From the NCBI GenBank assembly GCA_013265495.1, contig MU058669.1, positions 1,373,880 to 1,437,879 on the forward strand: a stretch of 64,000 bases of DNA, written 5' to 3'. Position 1 is the first letter of the stretch, and every line of letters starts with the position of its first letter. The position numbers and the translations under genes are program-made. Shown here piece by piece: positions 12,310 through 24,819 of the stretch. The stretch is from Vicugna vicugna. Lineage: Eukaryota. Under the pieces are notes generated by a model. The model made no database searches. It was not told the DNA's origin and saw only the letters and a program-made list of their open reading frames with translations.

Positions 12310-12840
12310 ATATTAGTCAGCATCTGCCCCAGCCAGCGACTCCAGAATTTTAGTGGCAACATCAAAAATTTAGTGCAACAACAAACATTTCTTGTTCACG
12401 TCGTATGAGACCTGGGGCTCAGCCAGAGCTCTGCGAAGCAGGGCTGGCTTCACAGATGTGCATCCTGTATGATCACAAAGGGTCTCGTGCTCTGAGGGGT
12501 CCTGCACTCGACTTAGTGTTCTGTTGCCGTAGTCTTGAAATTCTTAATTTTGAAACAAGGGGCTGTAAATGGTCAGATCTCACCAGGTCTATAAACTGTA
12601 GTCAGTTCTGCTGTCAGGTCGGCTGTGCCTTCTCTTTTAGGGCTCAGGCTGAAGAAGCAGCCACTTGCAGGGCGTGCTGTCTTCATGGCAGGGGGCTGAG
12701 GTCATGGGGGCTGGGCTCACACCACAGGAGGCCTCTCAAAGTCTCCACCAGGAACTAGTATGTGGCCACTTCCCATGAGTCAGGCAAATGACGTGGCCAC
12801 GCCCAAAGTCCCAGTTGTGGCGAAGGGTGCCTTACCCTGA
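12310..12840 (-). mobile_element. Old MaLR LTR (MLT1I-like) carrying a nested MER91A
   Basis: tattagtcag start, caacaacaaacatttcttgttcac, ctcaggctgaagaagcagccact, gcaaatgacgtggccacgcccaaagtc. Confidence 0.72.
12439..12610 (+). mobile_element. MER91A (hAT-Tip100 MITE)
   Basis: cagggctggcttca start, gtcttgaaattcttaattttgaaacaagggg core, tgtagtcagttctg end; 8-bp flanks ctgcgaag / ctgtcagg match at 5/8. Confidence 0.85.
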
Positions 12841-14149
12841 CCAGAGCGTCCACCATGCCAGTCTGATCTTGCGCTGGAGTTTGTCACTGGAGGCAGTGGC
12901 AGATTCCATTCCCGCGTTCCTGATATCCTGTCTAGAGCCAGTGATCCAGGCTTAGTTGGACAGACTGGCTAGTTGGTGATGTCATGGGATCTGTGAGGTC
13001 ATATCAAATGGCAGGTCATCAGTTTACATAAAATTAATAGTTGAATCTTTAAAAAGTATAAAAACCAAACATGCTGGCTATAGTTTTTCTCACAAAATAT
13101 CCCTTGTTCCAGTTAAAGACCAATTTGAGTCTTATTCAAAATGTGCCGTGAGTCATTTTACTGTGTTTAAGTACTAATTTGTCTTCATCATGGGTGTAGT
13201 TTTGTTCCACTTGGTTTTTCAAGCAAAGATGATAAAATTAAATAAATCAATAGCATAGTTAGCTTTAATAATATCAAAAAATTCTGGTGGGATGTTATTA
13301 CTCCCTAATTAATGGAGTATTCAGTTCTCCGGGGACCTAGTGAAGCTGTGGTCGTAACACATAACCCGTCTGCGGTGTCAGAACCTAATTTCAGGCTTCA
13401 TTATTATGATTGAGATGAGGATTGTAGCTCTATGAATCTTTGTAAAAAGAATGGAGAGCGACTTGTAAAACTCTGTGCCTGTGACATAGAAATTCTTTCT
13501 GAAAACCCAGAAGCTCCTTTGTTACGGAGGAGCCTGTGGTTCACACATGAGACACGTTTCTGCGTCTGAACTCAGGTTGCCGCATTGTCCGTCACTAAGC
13601 TCCTGCTTGGGGACTGTGGCCCGGGCCCTGCACCTGCAGAGTGACTCCTGATCACAGGAAGAAGAGGCGCCGACCGAGCCGGGGCCTGTGAGGAAGACAG
13701 GACAACAGTGGTAGGACTGTTGGGGCAAAAGGCCAGTCAGGAATCTGTATTGAACCATAAGGACAATTTCAATAATCAGTGCCTGAAACCTGGCCAGCAG
13801 TCAGTCTTCATCACAAAATCTTAGGGAAGTAATTAGGAAAACCCTGACCACCTTTGTCGGTATAACCATAGAGTTTTCAGAGGATCCAGGCATTCATCCT
13901 CTTACGTGCTCATTACAACAGCTAGATGCCTGAGGCTGTTCCAGTGTTACTAGTATTTATATGTTATATCCAAGGAAATGGTAATCCGGAGTCAGCCAGC
14001 CAGCCCATCAGGGGAAAAAAAGGAGAGATTTCCTGAGTTCTGGCCATTGTTGTGGCTCTATGGGGATCTAAGTTATCTCTGGTGGAAACAAGTGAATTTC
14101 CTCTGTGGCTGATCTGTGCACCGCCAGCTCAGCTAGAGTGGTCAGGTTT

Positions 14150-14350
14150 CACATTTGGAGAGAACTGAATTTGGCTCTTAACCACTTATTAGCTGGGAGA
14201 TCTTGGGTAAGTCACACAAACTACTTCAATTTCCTCAATAACAAGAGATAATAATATATACTTTGGGGTGTTATTACCAGGATTACATGAAGTGCAGCAT
14301 GAAATGTATTTAGCATGGCCCCTAGGACGTACCGCTCATAGAGATCCTGG
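14150..14350 (+). mobile_element. MIR SINE
   Basis: ggctcttaaccacttattagctgggagatcttgggtaagtcac. Confidence 0.8.
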
Positions 14351-15049
14351 AATAACTTTCCTATGTAATTTGGAACATAGTATGAAGTAAAAGAAAAACT
14401 AGAGACCAAAATGCCACCTTGCTCACTGATAGAGGGCAGGTTGGAGAGCATGGCTGTAATTCTGATCACCCACTGGATTTGCTGATAAGCAAGTTCAGAA
14501 TTGGTCTGCAGTCATGGCAGCGTGTATCCAAGGCAGGCCCCCTTCTCAGGAGAGCCTCCTGTACCACGGACGGCCCAAGAAGGGAAGGAAGAGTTGGGTG
14601 GAATGCTTAGTTACCCTAGCCAAATTTGTCAGTCAGAAAAATCTCCCCGCCACCCCAGGGACAAGGTGAATAGAAGAGTAGAGACAAACCAATTAAGCTC
14701 CCATCATAAGAAATAAATATTAGAAGTGGAGAAATATTCCCACTAACATAATTTCTCAGTGAATCTTAGCTATTATTGTTATTGGAGTTCAAGTGGGAGC
14801 TTTAAAAATATACTGAAATGTCCATGACTGAAATGTCTCCAACATTACACACAGCCTCCAGTTCTCCCTTGGGTTAGCAGTATTCCATAAGGCTGTGGTT
14901 AAAAATAACCAGGAAGGGGTTACGTGATCAAGCTAATCTGTGCCCATGACTTACCTATCAAATTGTAGATTCCTTGAGAAGCAAAAGCTATGCTCATGTA
15001 TCTTTCTACTTCCCACAGTACCTGTAGAGTCTGCACTGGTAATAATTAC

Positions 15050-15300
15050 ACTGATTGCTCATCTAGCTATGAATTTTACAGCTTACTAAGCACTTTGGGG
15101 TTGATCATCTCATTTGGTCTCTTCACCAATCCTGAGAGGGAGGGAGGGAGGAAAGGAAGAGGTTACTCATCTCATTTCACATCTGAGGATGTCGAGGCCC
15201 AGAGCAGCTGTGTGACTTGTCCAGCAAATGAAGCAGCGTGCCAACACTTGATTCTGGAACTGGAATGTAGGTCATTGACTCTTAATGCAGTGTGCCTTCC
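15050..15300 (-). mobile_element. MIR SINE
   Basis: atcatctcatttggtctcttcaccaatcctgagagg ... tgaggatgtcgaggcccagag...gtgacttgtcc. Confidence 0.75.
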
Positions 15301-15790
15301 CTTAATGCTTACTTTGTTTTATCTGAATGGAACTGATTTCCCTGAAACTAGCTGATCTCTCATGTACCATCCTAGGAGTTTCAGCAGTGTTCATAAGACA
15401 AGGTAAACTTCTCAGACTTGGAGGGTTGGAGCCTTGGTGTTCTTGGGGTTTCTGCTGATGGCTGTGCCATTCATCATGAAGCATGGGTTGTCACGGTGAT
15501 GGGAGGAAGGGGGCTGAGCTGGAAGAGAATTACCAAAATGTCTGATGAGATAGTACCAAATGGGGAGGTGAATATGATGGTCAGAAAGGGAGAACGCATT
15601 ATAGAGTCAGAAACATCTCTTATGGGTCTGCATACCTGAGTTACTATCTGCCAGAGATCCAGAAGCCATTGAGAGTAGTGACTTTAGCAGTAAGAATAAA
15701 TTACGTTTTGTCATGGGCATCATTAATCATTATTCTATTATTGTGTCACTAACCCCAACCATACCCCATAGTGCAATGGAAATAGACAAC

Positions 15791-16269
15791 ATGGTAGACA
15801 GAGTAATGTCCCCCCATTATGTTCCCATTCCAGTCCTTGGAGCTTATGACTATATTAGCTCCATGGCAAAAGGGACTTTGAAAATGTGATTAAGTTAAGA
15901 CTCTTGAAACAGGGAGATTATCTGAAGTTACCTACGTGAGCCCAGTGTAATAACAATTGTGTAAGTGAAAGAAGGCAGGAGAGTCAGAGAAGACTATGTT
16001 ACAATAAACATAGAGGTTGGAGAGATACAGTTGCTGGCTTGGGGGCTATGAGCCAAGGAACGTAGGCTACCTCTGGAAGGTGGAAAAAGCAAGAAACAGT
16101 TGCTTCCCTAAAGTCAACAGAAGGAAACAGAATAAATACAGCACTGCCATCACCTTGATTTTGGCCACATTTTGAACTTCTGCCCTCCAGAAATGTAAGA
16201 TAATGAGTTTGTTTTATGCCACTAAATATTGAGTGATGCTTTTGACAGCAGCACGCGGAAACGGTAACG
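15791..16269 (+). mobile_element. MLT1D-like MaLR solo LTR
   Basis: tggtagacagagtaatg start, catggcaaaagggactttgaaaatgtgattaagttaag, gagccaaggaacgtagg, acttctgccctccagaaatgtaagataat. Confidence 0.9.
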
Positions 16270-17064
16270 GCTGAGTGAGGCTTACATTTCGGTTCCTACA
16301 TTTAGTTGCCGCGTACTCAAGTCAAGTAGTATCTAAGTAGCAATTAACTAATGTTTATAACGAGGTGAAAATACTACTTTCTTCACTGGATTGTTGTGAG
16401 GATTAGATGGGCTGATACATGGAAGAAGCACCCTGTGGATCCCATACTAGGAGCCAGATTAATGATTACTTAATGCCAGTAAATACTGTCTTTTGTATTT
16501 TGTTAGAATATTTCATCACCTTCAAAATTAAAGAAATTGCCTTCTAAATCTAAGAACTGCAGCAGATCTATGTGCACCACAGTCCGCCTCAGGAACAAAA
16601 CAGTTGTTCAAGAAACAGTTGTTTTTTGTTCAAACTGCCCAATAAGACATGCAGATGGGTCTGATTTTCCTTGGGAATGGGAGGTGCGTTTTGGATAACA
16701 TTACAGCTTCCTTAAGAGAGTGCAGAGAGAGGCTTGGTCAGAACCAACCATAGGCTTTTGTAGCAAGATGGTTACATTTTTCCAACAGAGACTACATTTT
16801 GAGGAAACCTCCAAACTAATTTATATGAAGAGGGTATTTAAAAAATGTCAGAAGACCTCTGCTTCACCCTTTCAATTCCCACCCATCCATCAGGTCAGGT
16901 CTTGGCTTATTACCTTCCTTTCTGGGCAGTGTTACCTTTCTCCTACCCTCCTGCCCCTATCTGGGCTATAGGACCTGCACGCCTTTTCTCAAGACACCCT
17001 GGACGGTGACACAATACTGCTTTGTGACCGCCCATTCTGCTTTTCTGTCCTTCTCTTTGTCTTT

Positions 17065-17293
17065 TTTTTTTTTTTTAAGATTTGTATATATATATTTTAT
17101 TGAAATCTAAGTTGATTTACAGTGTATCAATTTCTGGTGCACAGCACAATGCTTCAGTCATACATGAACATACATATATTCGTTTTCATATTCCTTTTCA
17201 CCATAAGTTACTACAAGATATTGAATGTAGTTCCCTGCACTATACAGTATGAACTTGTTGTGTATCTATTTTATATATAGTAGTTGGTATCTG
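17065..17293 (-). mobile_element. Short camelid-type L1 3' end with poly(A) and TSD
   Basis: Poly-T 17062-17076; cagtcatacatgaacatacatatattcgttttcatatt; TSD CTTTGTCTTT at 17055-17064 and 17294-17303, followed by AA. Confidence 0.92.
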
Positions 17294-18332
17294 CTTTGTC
17301 TTTAAATTCCATAGCAGAAGGGACATGCCCTTACTGCTCACTGTTGTCCCCACCTGATGGCAGAGGCCTCACTGAAGACATCTTTGAGGAAAGGAAGGGT
17401 GGTGGACCCCAGTTTGAGTCCTATCCTGGATATTATGAGCCTCATGAACTTGTCAATCTTCTAAGCCTCTGTTTCATAATCCATAAACTATAATACTTTT
17501 TCTACCCATCTCCCAAGGGTGTTGTGGGGTTCAGAGAAGGTAACGCGGATCCAAGCCTGCATAGTGGGATGTGGAAGCAACACACCTTTGCTTCAGATCC
17601 ACACAACGTCCACGTTCCGTCCCGTGGACACTGATGGGCGCCTCCCACCTGGAGCACCGCGTTAGGCCCCGAGTGTAGTGTGAACAGGACAGACAGTCTT
17701 TGTTCTCATGAAGTGTCAAGGTCTGGTGGCAAGTTCAACAATAGCACAGCAAAAATTGTTTCCTTTATCTGGGTGAAAGGATCTTCTTTTCACTTTCCAA
17801 GAAGAAAACATCTCCAGAGAACACGTGCTCGCCTGGGTGAGGGGTAAGGAAGTGAAAGAACCTTTTTACCCCACAGAAGTCCACATCTAACAGGGAGTAC
17901 ATACGTATGCAGGTAGCTCAGAGCTAAGGCAGCCTGTAACCCCAGGTCTAACTCGATCCCCACGAGGGGTGCGCGGGGATGGGAAGACGGTGATACATCA
18001 CTTTCTGGAAGGAGGTGGAACCTGAGTTGAGTGGCCTAAGTCATGTAATTATCTCTCTAAATAGGGTGTATCAGTTTATGCAAAGTGGATAATAATCCAT
18101 ATAGCTGTTTGTATGGAAGCTGAAAAGGAGGGATTCATTGCTAAGAAAACAGAAAGCCAGTTGTAACATGATGTCAAAGTGTTTCAGTTAGACTGGAGGG
18201 GAAGGACACTGGGAAATACAACTGTACAGTATGTTGGGCCCATGTTTTAGAGCTTCTCCAAAAACCTGCTGAGATACGGCTTGATTCAGATGACAGAGAA
18301 TTATCACAAGTTTGTAAATGGGTATTACCAGG

Positions 18333-18353
18333 GCGCGCGTGTGTGCACGTGCG

Positions 18354-18387
<34 letters not shown>
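18333..18387. repeat. 55-bp perfect alternating purine-pyrimidine tract (CG/TG/CA)
   Basis: GCGCGCGTGTGTGCACGTGCGCACACGCGCGC followed by (AC)n. Confidence 0.95.
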
Positions 18388-18654
18388 GGGGAGTAGAGAG
18401 AAGGATTTGTTTTTTGCTGTTAGTACCTTAAGTTACGGTCCTATCAGCATCTTCCTATGTGATTAGAGTGTGGAAAAATCTTACTGGACTCCCATTTTTA
18501 TCCCCACATTGACATTTATATCCCTGGGTGAGCCTTTTTATTTCCCCCTAGTGGAATGTTATTTTTACTGTAGATAATACCATAGTTGAAATATTTCAAC
18601 TAATTTCCTTCTCCTTCCCTCCCTTCTTTCTCTCTTTATTTCCTTCCTTCCTTC

Positions 18655-19150
18655 CTTTAGGTAAGACTGACATACAGCAAACACATTTAAAGTGTACAGT
18701 TGAGCTGTGATATGTGTATATACCTGCAAACACTTCATCACATTGAGCTCGTTAGCACATCCGTCATCTCAGCGTTTCCTCCTGGCCCTTTATAATCTCT
18801 CCCTCCCTTCCCCCCTCATTCCCTGACACCAGACAGCTGCCTTCTGTCACTGTCGATGCATTGGCATCTCCTGGACTCTTATATGAATGGAATAATGCAA
18901 CGTGTATGTCTCTCGCCTGGTTTCTTTCACTCAACGTTATCTTGAGGACACTCATTTTGTTGCATGTGTCAGTCTCCCTTCTTACTGCTCAGTGGTATTC
19001 TGTGGTGCAAACAGACTACAGTTGGTTTATGCATTCAGCTTTTGATATGGGTAACTGGGCTGCTTCCAGGTTTTGACTGTTACAAGATGAGCTGCTGTGA
19101 ACATGTGTGTATAAGTCCTTGTGGGGTCATAGGCTTTATTTTCTCTTGAT
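18655..19150 (-). mobile_element. Old L1 3' end (L1MC/MD-like)
   Basis: tttaaagtgtacagtt, tatatgaatggaataatgca, ctggtttctttcactcaac, ttccaggttttgactgttacaa...gctgctgtgaacat. Confidence 0.85.
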
Positions 19151-19539
19151 CTCTTCATTTCTCTGCCTTCCCTCATTTTCCGTGTAGATTTAGAGTACTC
19201 TAAGGAGTGGCCCCGGGTGGTGGATAAATTCCAAAAGGACTCACGGAGTATTGGATTCTATGTTTCTATGCATTTTCTTTCATGAGCTATTGAGTAGTAG
19301 GAAGAGGCCATCAGGAGCTTGCTTGGAGGTGGTGGAAATACTAAACAATGAAACAGAATGCAAGGATTCCTCCGGGTTGAAGTACACGAATCTGAGAAAT
19401 GAAAATGAGGAAGAATGTCCTATGTATCTGAACAATATAAGAGTGGACTGGGATTATATTAGAGCAAATGAGCTTCAAGGTGGGAATGGCATGTAGCAGG
19501 AACCGGGGCCAACACTCAGTGTGGGGGGATATTTGTCTT

Positions 19540-20190
19540 CAGTTCATTTCAGTCCATAAGTATGTATCCAGTGTGCACTCTGTGCCAGACACCAGGCTAC
19601 AGTGACAGGTTCATCAGAACAAGCGTACAGCCTAGCGGGGAGACGGGCAAGAGAGCCGGCGGCTGCCATGGAGTGGAATTTAAGCATTTGTCATCAGTGC
19701 CAGGGGAGCACATAATCAGAAACATCTGGGCCATTGTGGGGCAGAGAGCAGTCAGTGGAGGATTCCAGGAAGAGGCACTGCCACTCTGCATTAGGGGAAG
19801 CGAGGCCAGAGAGGGGTGGAGGACCACAGAGAGAAGGATGGCGCTGACAATGGGGGCAGCAGGTGCAAAGCTCTGAGTCCCAAGAAGAATGACATGGTGG
19901 GGAAAAGCAGGTTCTGAGTGCTGGGAACATGATGGGAGGTGGGGAGTGTGCCTGGGGTTAAAATACGAAGAGCCGGTGTGTCATGCTGTGGAGTTTGGCA
20001 GCCGGGATCCATAGAGAGGGCTTTAGATGGATCCAGACTCAGGTTGGTTTTAGAAAAGTAAAGCTAGCAGAACGGCGAACATAGGAGAGTCGGGAAAGAC
20101 CCTGCCCAGGAAGACAATGTGGGAGACTGAGCTAGAGCAAGGCTGGTAGGATAGAGAAAAGTGATGGTTTTGAGATGGTTTCTAACATTA
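19540..20190 (-). mobile_element. L2 LINE fragment
   Basis: actctgtgccagacacc, cagtggaggattccaggaagagg, gtgcaaagctctgag. Confidence 0.65.
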
Positions 20191-21162
20191 TTAAGGTGTC
20201 CCATAACCTCGCCCCAAATCGTTCACCTAACAAGTGAATAAAAATTTGCCGCAGAAAGTGCCCAGATGACAAACGAGTCCACCCCACACTGGTCTAGAGG
20301 GCACGTGACCACCCAGACGCTCGTGGATTGCCGTGGCCAGACTTGGGATTCCCGGTTGACAGTGCTTCCCCCCCGACTCCTGGAGCCAGGGGCTGTTGGT
20401 GGTAGTCTCCTCTCACAGGGAATTTTTCATGAATGCCAATCCCCTGTTGTTTACTTTCCATTTTTCTCCCTTTAATGTATCATACATAGATTTTTATGTG
20501 CCCCTATTTCATCTGCGTAACTCTTTTGTTGCCATGGCAATCAGCTTCAATTTTCTACCATTCTGGCAATTGGGTTTTTATAGTCTCCTGCTTTCAAAAA
20601 GATAAGCTGCCTTATATTTATTTCTTGTGGATGCCAAACGTTGACCTCGTTTGAGACACAGCCAACCTCTACTTCAAGACTACACTGCGATTATTTATTG
20701 TCGCTGATGTCATTTTGATTTCTGCCTGTGAGACTGGTTTCCAATAAAATTTCTTTTGGCTTTTACATACCTCTGCTATCCGGGGACTAGAGCTCAGCAA
20801 GCCTGCAAGACTGAATTCTAGGTGGGCTCCAGGGCAGAGGGCACTGAGGTAGAGCTGCAAACTCTCTCTTAAAGATGACGGAAACCAGTTTGGATCAAAG
20901 GTGGAGGCTGCAAGCAGTGAGTTCCAGTCCCTGCTCAGCAACTAACTGGTTTTCTCACCTTGCTCATAAAACTGCTCTCTTTATCTGCACATCCTCATCT
21001 CTAAAGCCAAAAAGATGGGAGTAGATTAGAAATTATCCTTAAGTGAGACAATATAGGAAAAAGATAGAAGTACAGCAACTTGCTTAAAGGTGAGAGGAAA
21101 TCATTATCTTGACTTGAGAAATTTCTTATCTTTTTTTTGTTCTCTTACAAGCTTCATTTGCC

Positions 21163-21891
21163 TTTTTTTGTGTATACGTATTTTTATTGAGGTATAGTCA
21201 GTTTATTGTGTTGCATCAATTTCTGGTGGACAGCATGATTCTTCAGTCATACATGAACACACATATATTCGTTTTCATATTCTTCACTGTAAGTTACTAC
21301 AAGATACGGAACAACTCCCTGTGCTATACAGTATAAACTTGTCGTGTATTTTATATATATTATTATCTGCAAATCTCGAACTCTGAATTTATCCCTTCCC
21401 TCCCTGGTTACTGTAAGTTTGTTTTCTATGTCTGTGAGTCTTTTTCTGTTTTGTAAATAAGTTCATTCATCTTTTTTTTATGATTCCACATATAAGTGAT
21501 ATCATACAGTATATTTCTTTTTCTTTCTGGCTTACTTCACTTAGAATGACAATCTCCAGGTCCATCCATGTAGTAGCAAATGGCATTATTATTTTTTATG
21601 GCTGAGTAGTATTCCAGTGTATACATAGACCACAACTACTTTATCCAGTCATCTGTCGATGATCATTTGGGCTGTTTCCATGTCTTGGCTATTGTAAATA
21701 GTGCTGCTGTGAACATTGGGGTGCAGATGTCTTTTTGAATTATGGTTTCCTCTATATATGCCCAGGAGTGGGATTGCTGGATCATATGGTGAATCTATTT
21801 TTATTCTTTTGAGAAATCTCCACACTGTTATCCATAATGGCTGCACCAAACTACCTTCCCACCAACAGTGTAGGAGGGTTCCCTTTTCTCC
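21163..21891 (-). mobile_element. 5'-truncated camelid-type L1 (ORF2 C-terminus plus 3' UTR)
   Basis: ORF 21649-21900 [20 protein letters not shown]...[12 protein letters not shown] is the L1 ORF2 C-terminus; same 3' UTR as the copy at 17065. Confidence 0.95.
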
Positions 21892-22234
21892 TCTTATCAT
21901 TTTATCTTTTATGTTCCAGAGGGTTTCCTCTATGACAAGCCTTCAATTATGAGAGGTTTTTTTTCTGATGTGTAGTTGTCATACTTAGAGTTTCAAGTTA
22001 ATTGCAATTAGCTCACTTCTGCCGATGTTCCCCAGTGTGGTGTATCTTGAGTTGTCGAAGTCTGTGTGTGGTCACAGCTTCCACGAACTCTACCTTTAGT
22101 TTGAACTATAGTGCCCATAAAAGTATTAGGTTGGCCAATCATTCATTGTTCAGGCATTTCTTTAGGTTTTTTAATCAATAAAATATGGGGCTTTAAGAAT
22201 ATGGAAATCTGTAGGGCCTGGGTACAAAAAGAGT

Positions 22235-22680
22235 AATTCATTCAGTAAATAAGGAATGAATGTGTACAGGCACTAACCATGTTAAACCCTGATGATAAAG
22301 CTGCCAATGGGAACGGACTCCAGAGGAAGCTGCAGGTTAGTAGGGATGTCATGCAGTGGAAGACGGATGGGTCACAGTGTGATTGGTGCCCCTCTTGTAG
22401 AGGGAAGCACACCAGGGTCGTGACCCAGACATGGTGCTGGTGGTGGTAATGGGGGCTGCAATGGCCGCACAAAGCTTCTCCATCGCAATGAATACTGAGC
22501 TGAGTCAGTGTGAGCCCGGGGAAAAGGGTGGGGTGGTATCCCAGGACAGTGGAGGAAGGGAGTGTGTAAGGGAATAGGGGGAGAAGAGGATGCAGAAGTA
22601 GGTGGGGGCCAAATATTGAAAGGTCTTCTGCATGGCTTTGTATATGGGCTGTGATGTGGGTCCTTACTGTCGAGGGAGAT
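22235..22680 (-). mobile_element. L2 LINE fragment
   Basis: attcattcagtaaata tail, actgagctgagtc, gtaggtgggggccaaatattgaaaggtctt. Confidence 0.55.
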
Positions 22681-22682
22681 GC

Positions 22683-23105
22683 ATTGGTCAGAATTCTGAA
22701 GTGGCTAACAGAAACCAGCTTGAGGTGTGTATGCTAAATAATTGATAATTTTGTTGTAAATATAAAAGAGTATCTCACAGGAGATCAGAGGGGAGACAAC
22801 TGGCCATTGAAAAGAGAATGGAAATATGAAGCTGTCAGGAGCCTTAATACCCCCTCTCTTTGCCTCTCGTTGCTTTTAGGCTTCTCTCTGCCTGTCTTCC
22901 TCAACCTTCTTTCCCAAATGATTGGCTCGCTTTGCTATTCAAGGCCAGCGTGGATATCCACAACCCCCACATACACCATTTATGATTCCAGCCATGCCGA
23001 GACGCTAATGTGTAATGACTCAGGCGCATACAGGCTCACATTTACAAGGGAGAGATCAGATAAGCTTAGATGGTGTCAAATATCTACCTCTGGTCAGATA
23101 AGCTA
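22683..23105 (-). mobile_element. Old MaLR LTR (late MLT1 subfamily)
   Basis: ttggtcagaattctgaagtggctaacagaaaccagc start; gggagagatcagataagctta...tggtcag end. Confidence 0.5.
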
Positions 23106-23379
23106 ATCTCAACATAGAAGCATGATTGTTAGAGAAATCACTCTGTGCCTCTTTAGGGATTAGAGACAGGGGTGTGAGGAAACAGAATAGTTACCAAAGA
23201 ATGCAAAGTACCGTGGTGATGTTGAAAGGGGCAGAGCATCCTTTGAAGGATAAACAAGGGTGCAATCATTTCCAATTGTTTTTTATTCTGCATGTAGTCT
23301 GTGCTCATGTTAACAAGGCAAACAATAGAGAATGTAAAAATAGGAAGAAGAGCCTTCTGGCAGCCCCCACTTCTCATTT

Positions 23380-23510
23380 TCATTCAGCGACCCATTCATT
23401 CAACAAATATGTAAATAATATATGATGCGAGCAAGGCAGTGGTCTGGGCACAGAACACAACTGGGATAAGACGGATGCAGGCCCTGCTTTGACAAAGCTT
23501 ATGGTCTAAA
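23380..23510 (-). mobile_element. L2 3' end
   Basis: cattcattcaacaaatat ... ccctgctttgacaaagcttatggtcta. Confidence 0.75.
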
Positions 23511-23964
23511 GGATCTTTTCAAATAGTTTTCCATGCATCCTTTCAGAGATACTGTATGGATTTATAGGAAATGTGTATAGGTAGACTTTTTAATCTACAG
23601 ATCATTTCATGTGCATTACATGCAATATATATCGTATATTTATTCTATATAAAATTGCTGGCTTATTTAAATTTAAAGTATATACATTTGGGGCATATTT
23701 TCATGTTAGCATGTGCAGAGTTTCTTCCCCTCTCTCAGTACAGGACCCAGACACTCTTGCTGCTTGGACCATCTCCCCTCTAGGGCGTGCCATAGATCTG
23801 AAATGTGGCCGTGTTCCCCATGGAGCCCCTGAACTGGGTTGCCTGTTCACCCCTCATCTACCAAGCATCTGTGATGGGGTTTGTTCAGCTCTTCACAGAC
23901 TCCACAGAAAGGACAGACTGGTCTCAGCTCAGTGATGCTCTGTATTCCCACGGGTTCCGTGGGG

Positions 23965-24548
23965 ACTCGCTGCTCTTTTCTGTGCTGCAGTAGGAACGTT
24001 CTGCAAAGCTGTCCTCAGCACTGGCTTAATGACGGAACCATTACTCCTAAGGGAAATACAGACTTAAGTTCCTAGGGGCCTCCAGTCACAACATTTTCAT
24101 CAAGTGATCGATACGTAACCTTGTCTGATGTGTGTTTCTGTTCAAAGACATTGTGTTTAATATATGTTGTTAATTGATTAAGACTGAAATTCACGGCCGA
24201 CAGCACTGTAACTCATACCTGAACAAAGCGCATCTCCTGCGCTGCTTTCTTTCATAAGGCACATCACAGTCCTCTTGTGCTTGGGAGCCCTCGACAGCAC
24301 TCCAGCCCTGTGCTTCGGGGGCCCTCTTAAACAGTGATGTCGGCACCCAAAAGCACAAAAACGTGGAAAACACAGTGCTCAACAGTCTGCGAAAGGGGTG
24401 CTTGTTCACAGCATAAGAACTGACACAAGCAGGCAGAGTGTCCTTTTGCTTGACTGTAGTTGGGAACATGCACGTTGTATGGTTCAGATTTTCACTGCTC
24501 TGTGCGGATCTGCAAATGCCTGCAAAAGCACCGTGAGTGTTGAGGGGA
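23965..24548 (-). mobile_element. MER82 (TcMar-Tigger non-autonomous element), one end truncated
   Basis: Reverse-complement match to recalled MER82: gtcacaacattttcatcaa, gtgtgtttctgttcaaagaca, cagcactgtaactcatacctgaac, taaggcacatcacag, aaaagcacaaaaacgtggaaaac. Confidence 0.9.
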
Positions 24549-24819
24549 GCGCTTGGGAGCTGAGGTGGTCACGGAGGGAGACCCTCTGTCCTACACCTTC
24601 AGAATCAGTCTTTCCATTTTCACTCTCTCAGGCTCCACCCAATTTGGAAGTCTCCTGGAATTCCAGCTAGAAAGCTGATCGCAAGCCATCTGTGCTTTCA
24701 AGTTTTCCCACAACTTTCCTAACGCCATTTTCTTTGAAATTTCTGCCCAAACAAGGGATTTAGTTAGGTGTTTAGTATTTAATAGTTAGTTATATATGAA
24801 TGAAGTTATAGACTATGTT

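Noticed and set aside
21649..21900. ORF with real protein similarity
   Set aside because: It is the C-terminus of L1 ORF2 in a 5'-truncated, frameshifted copy, not a host gene
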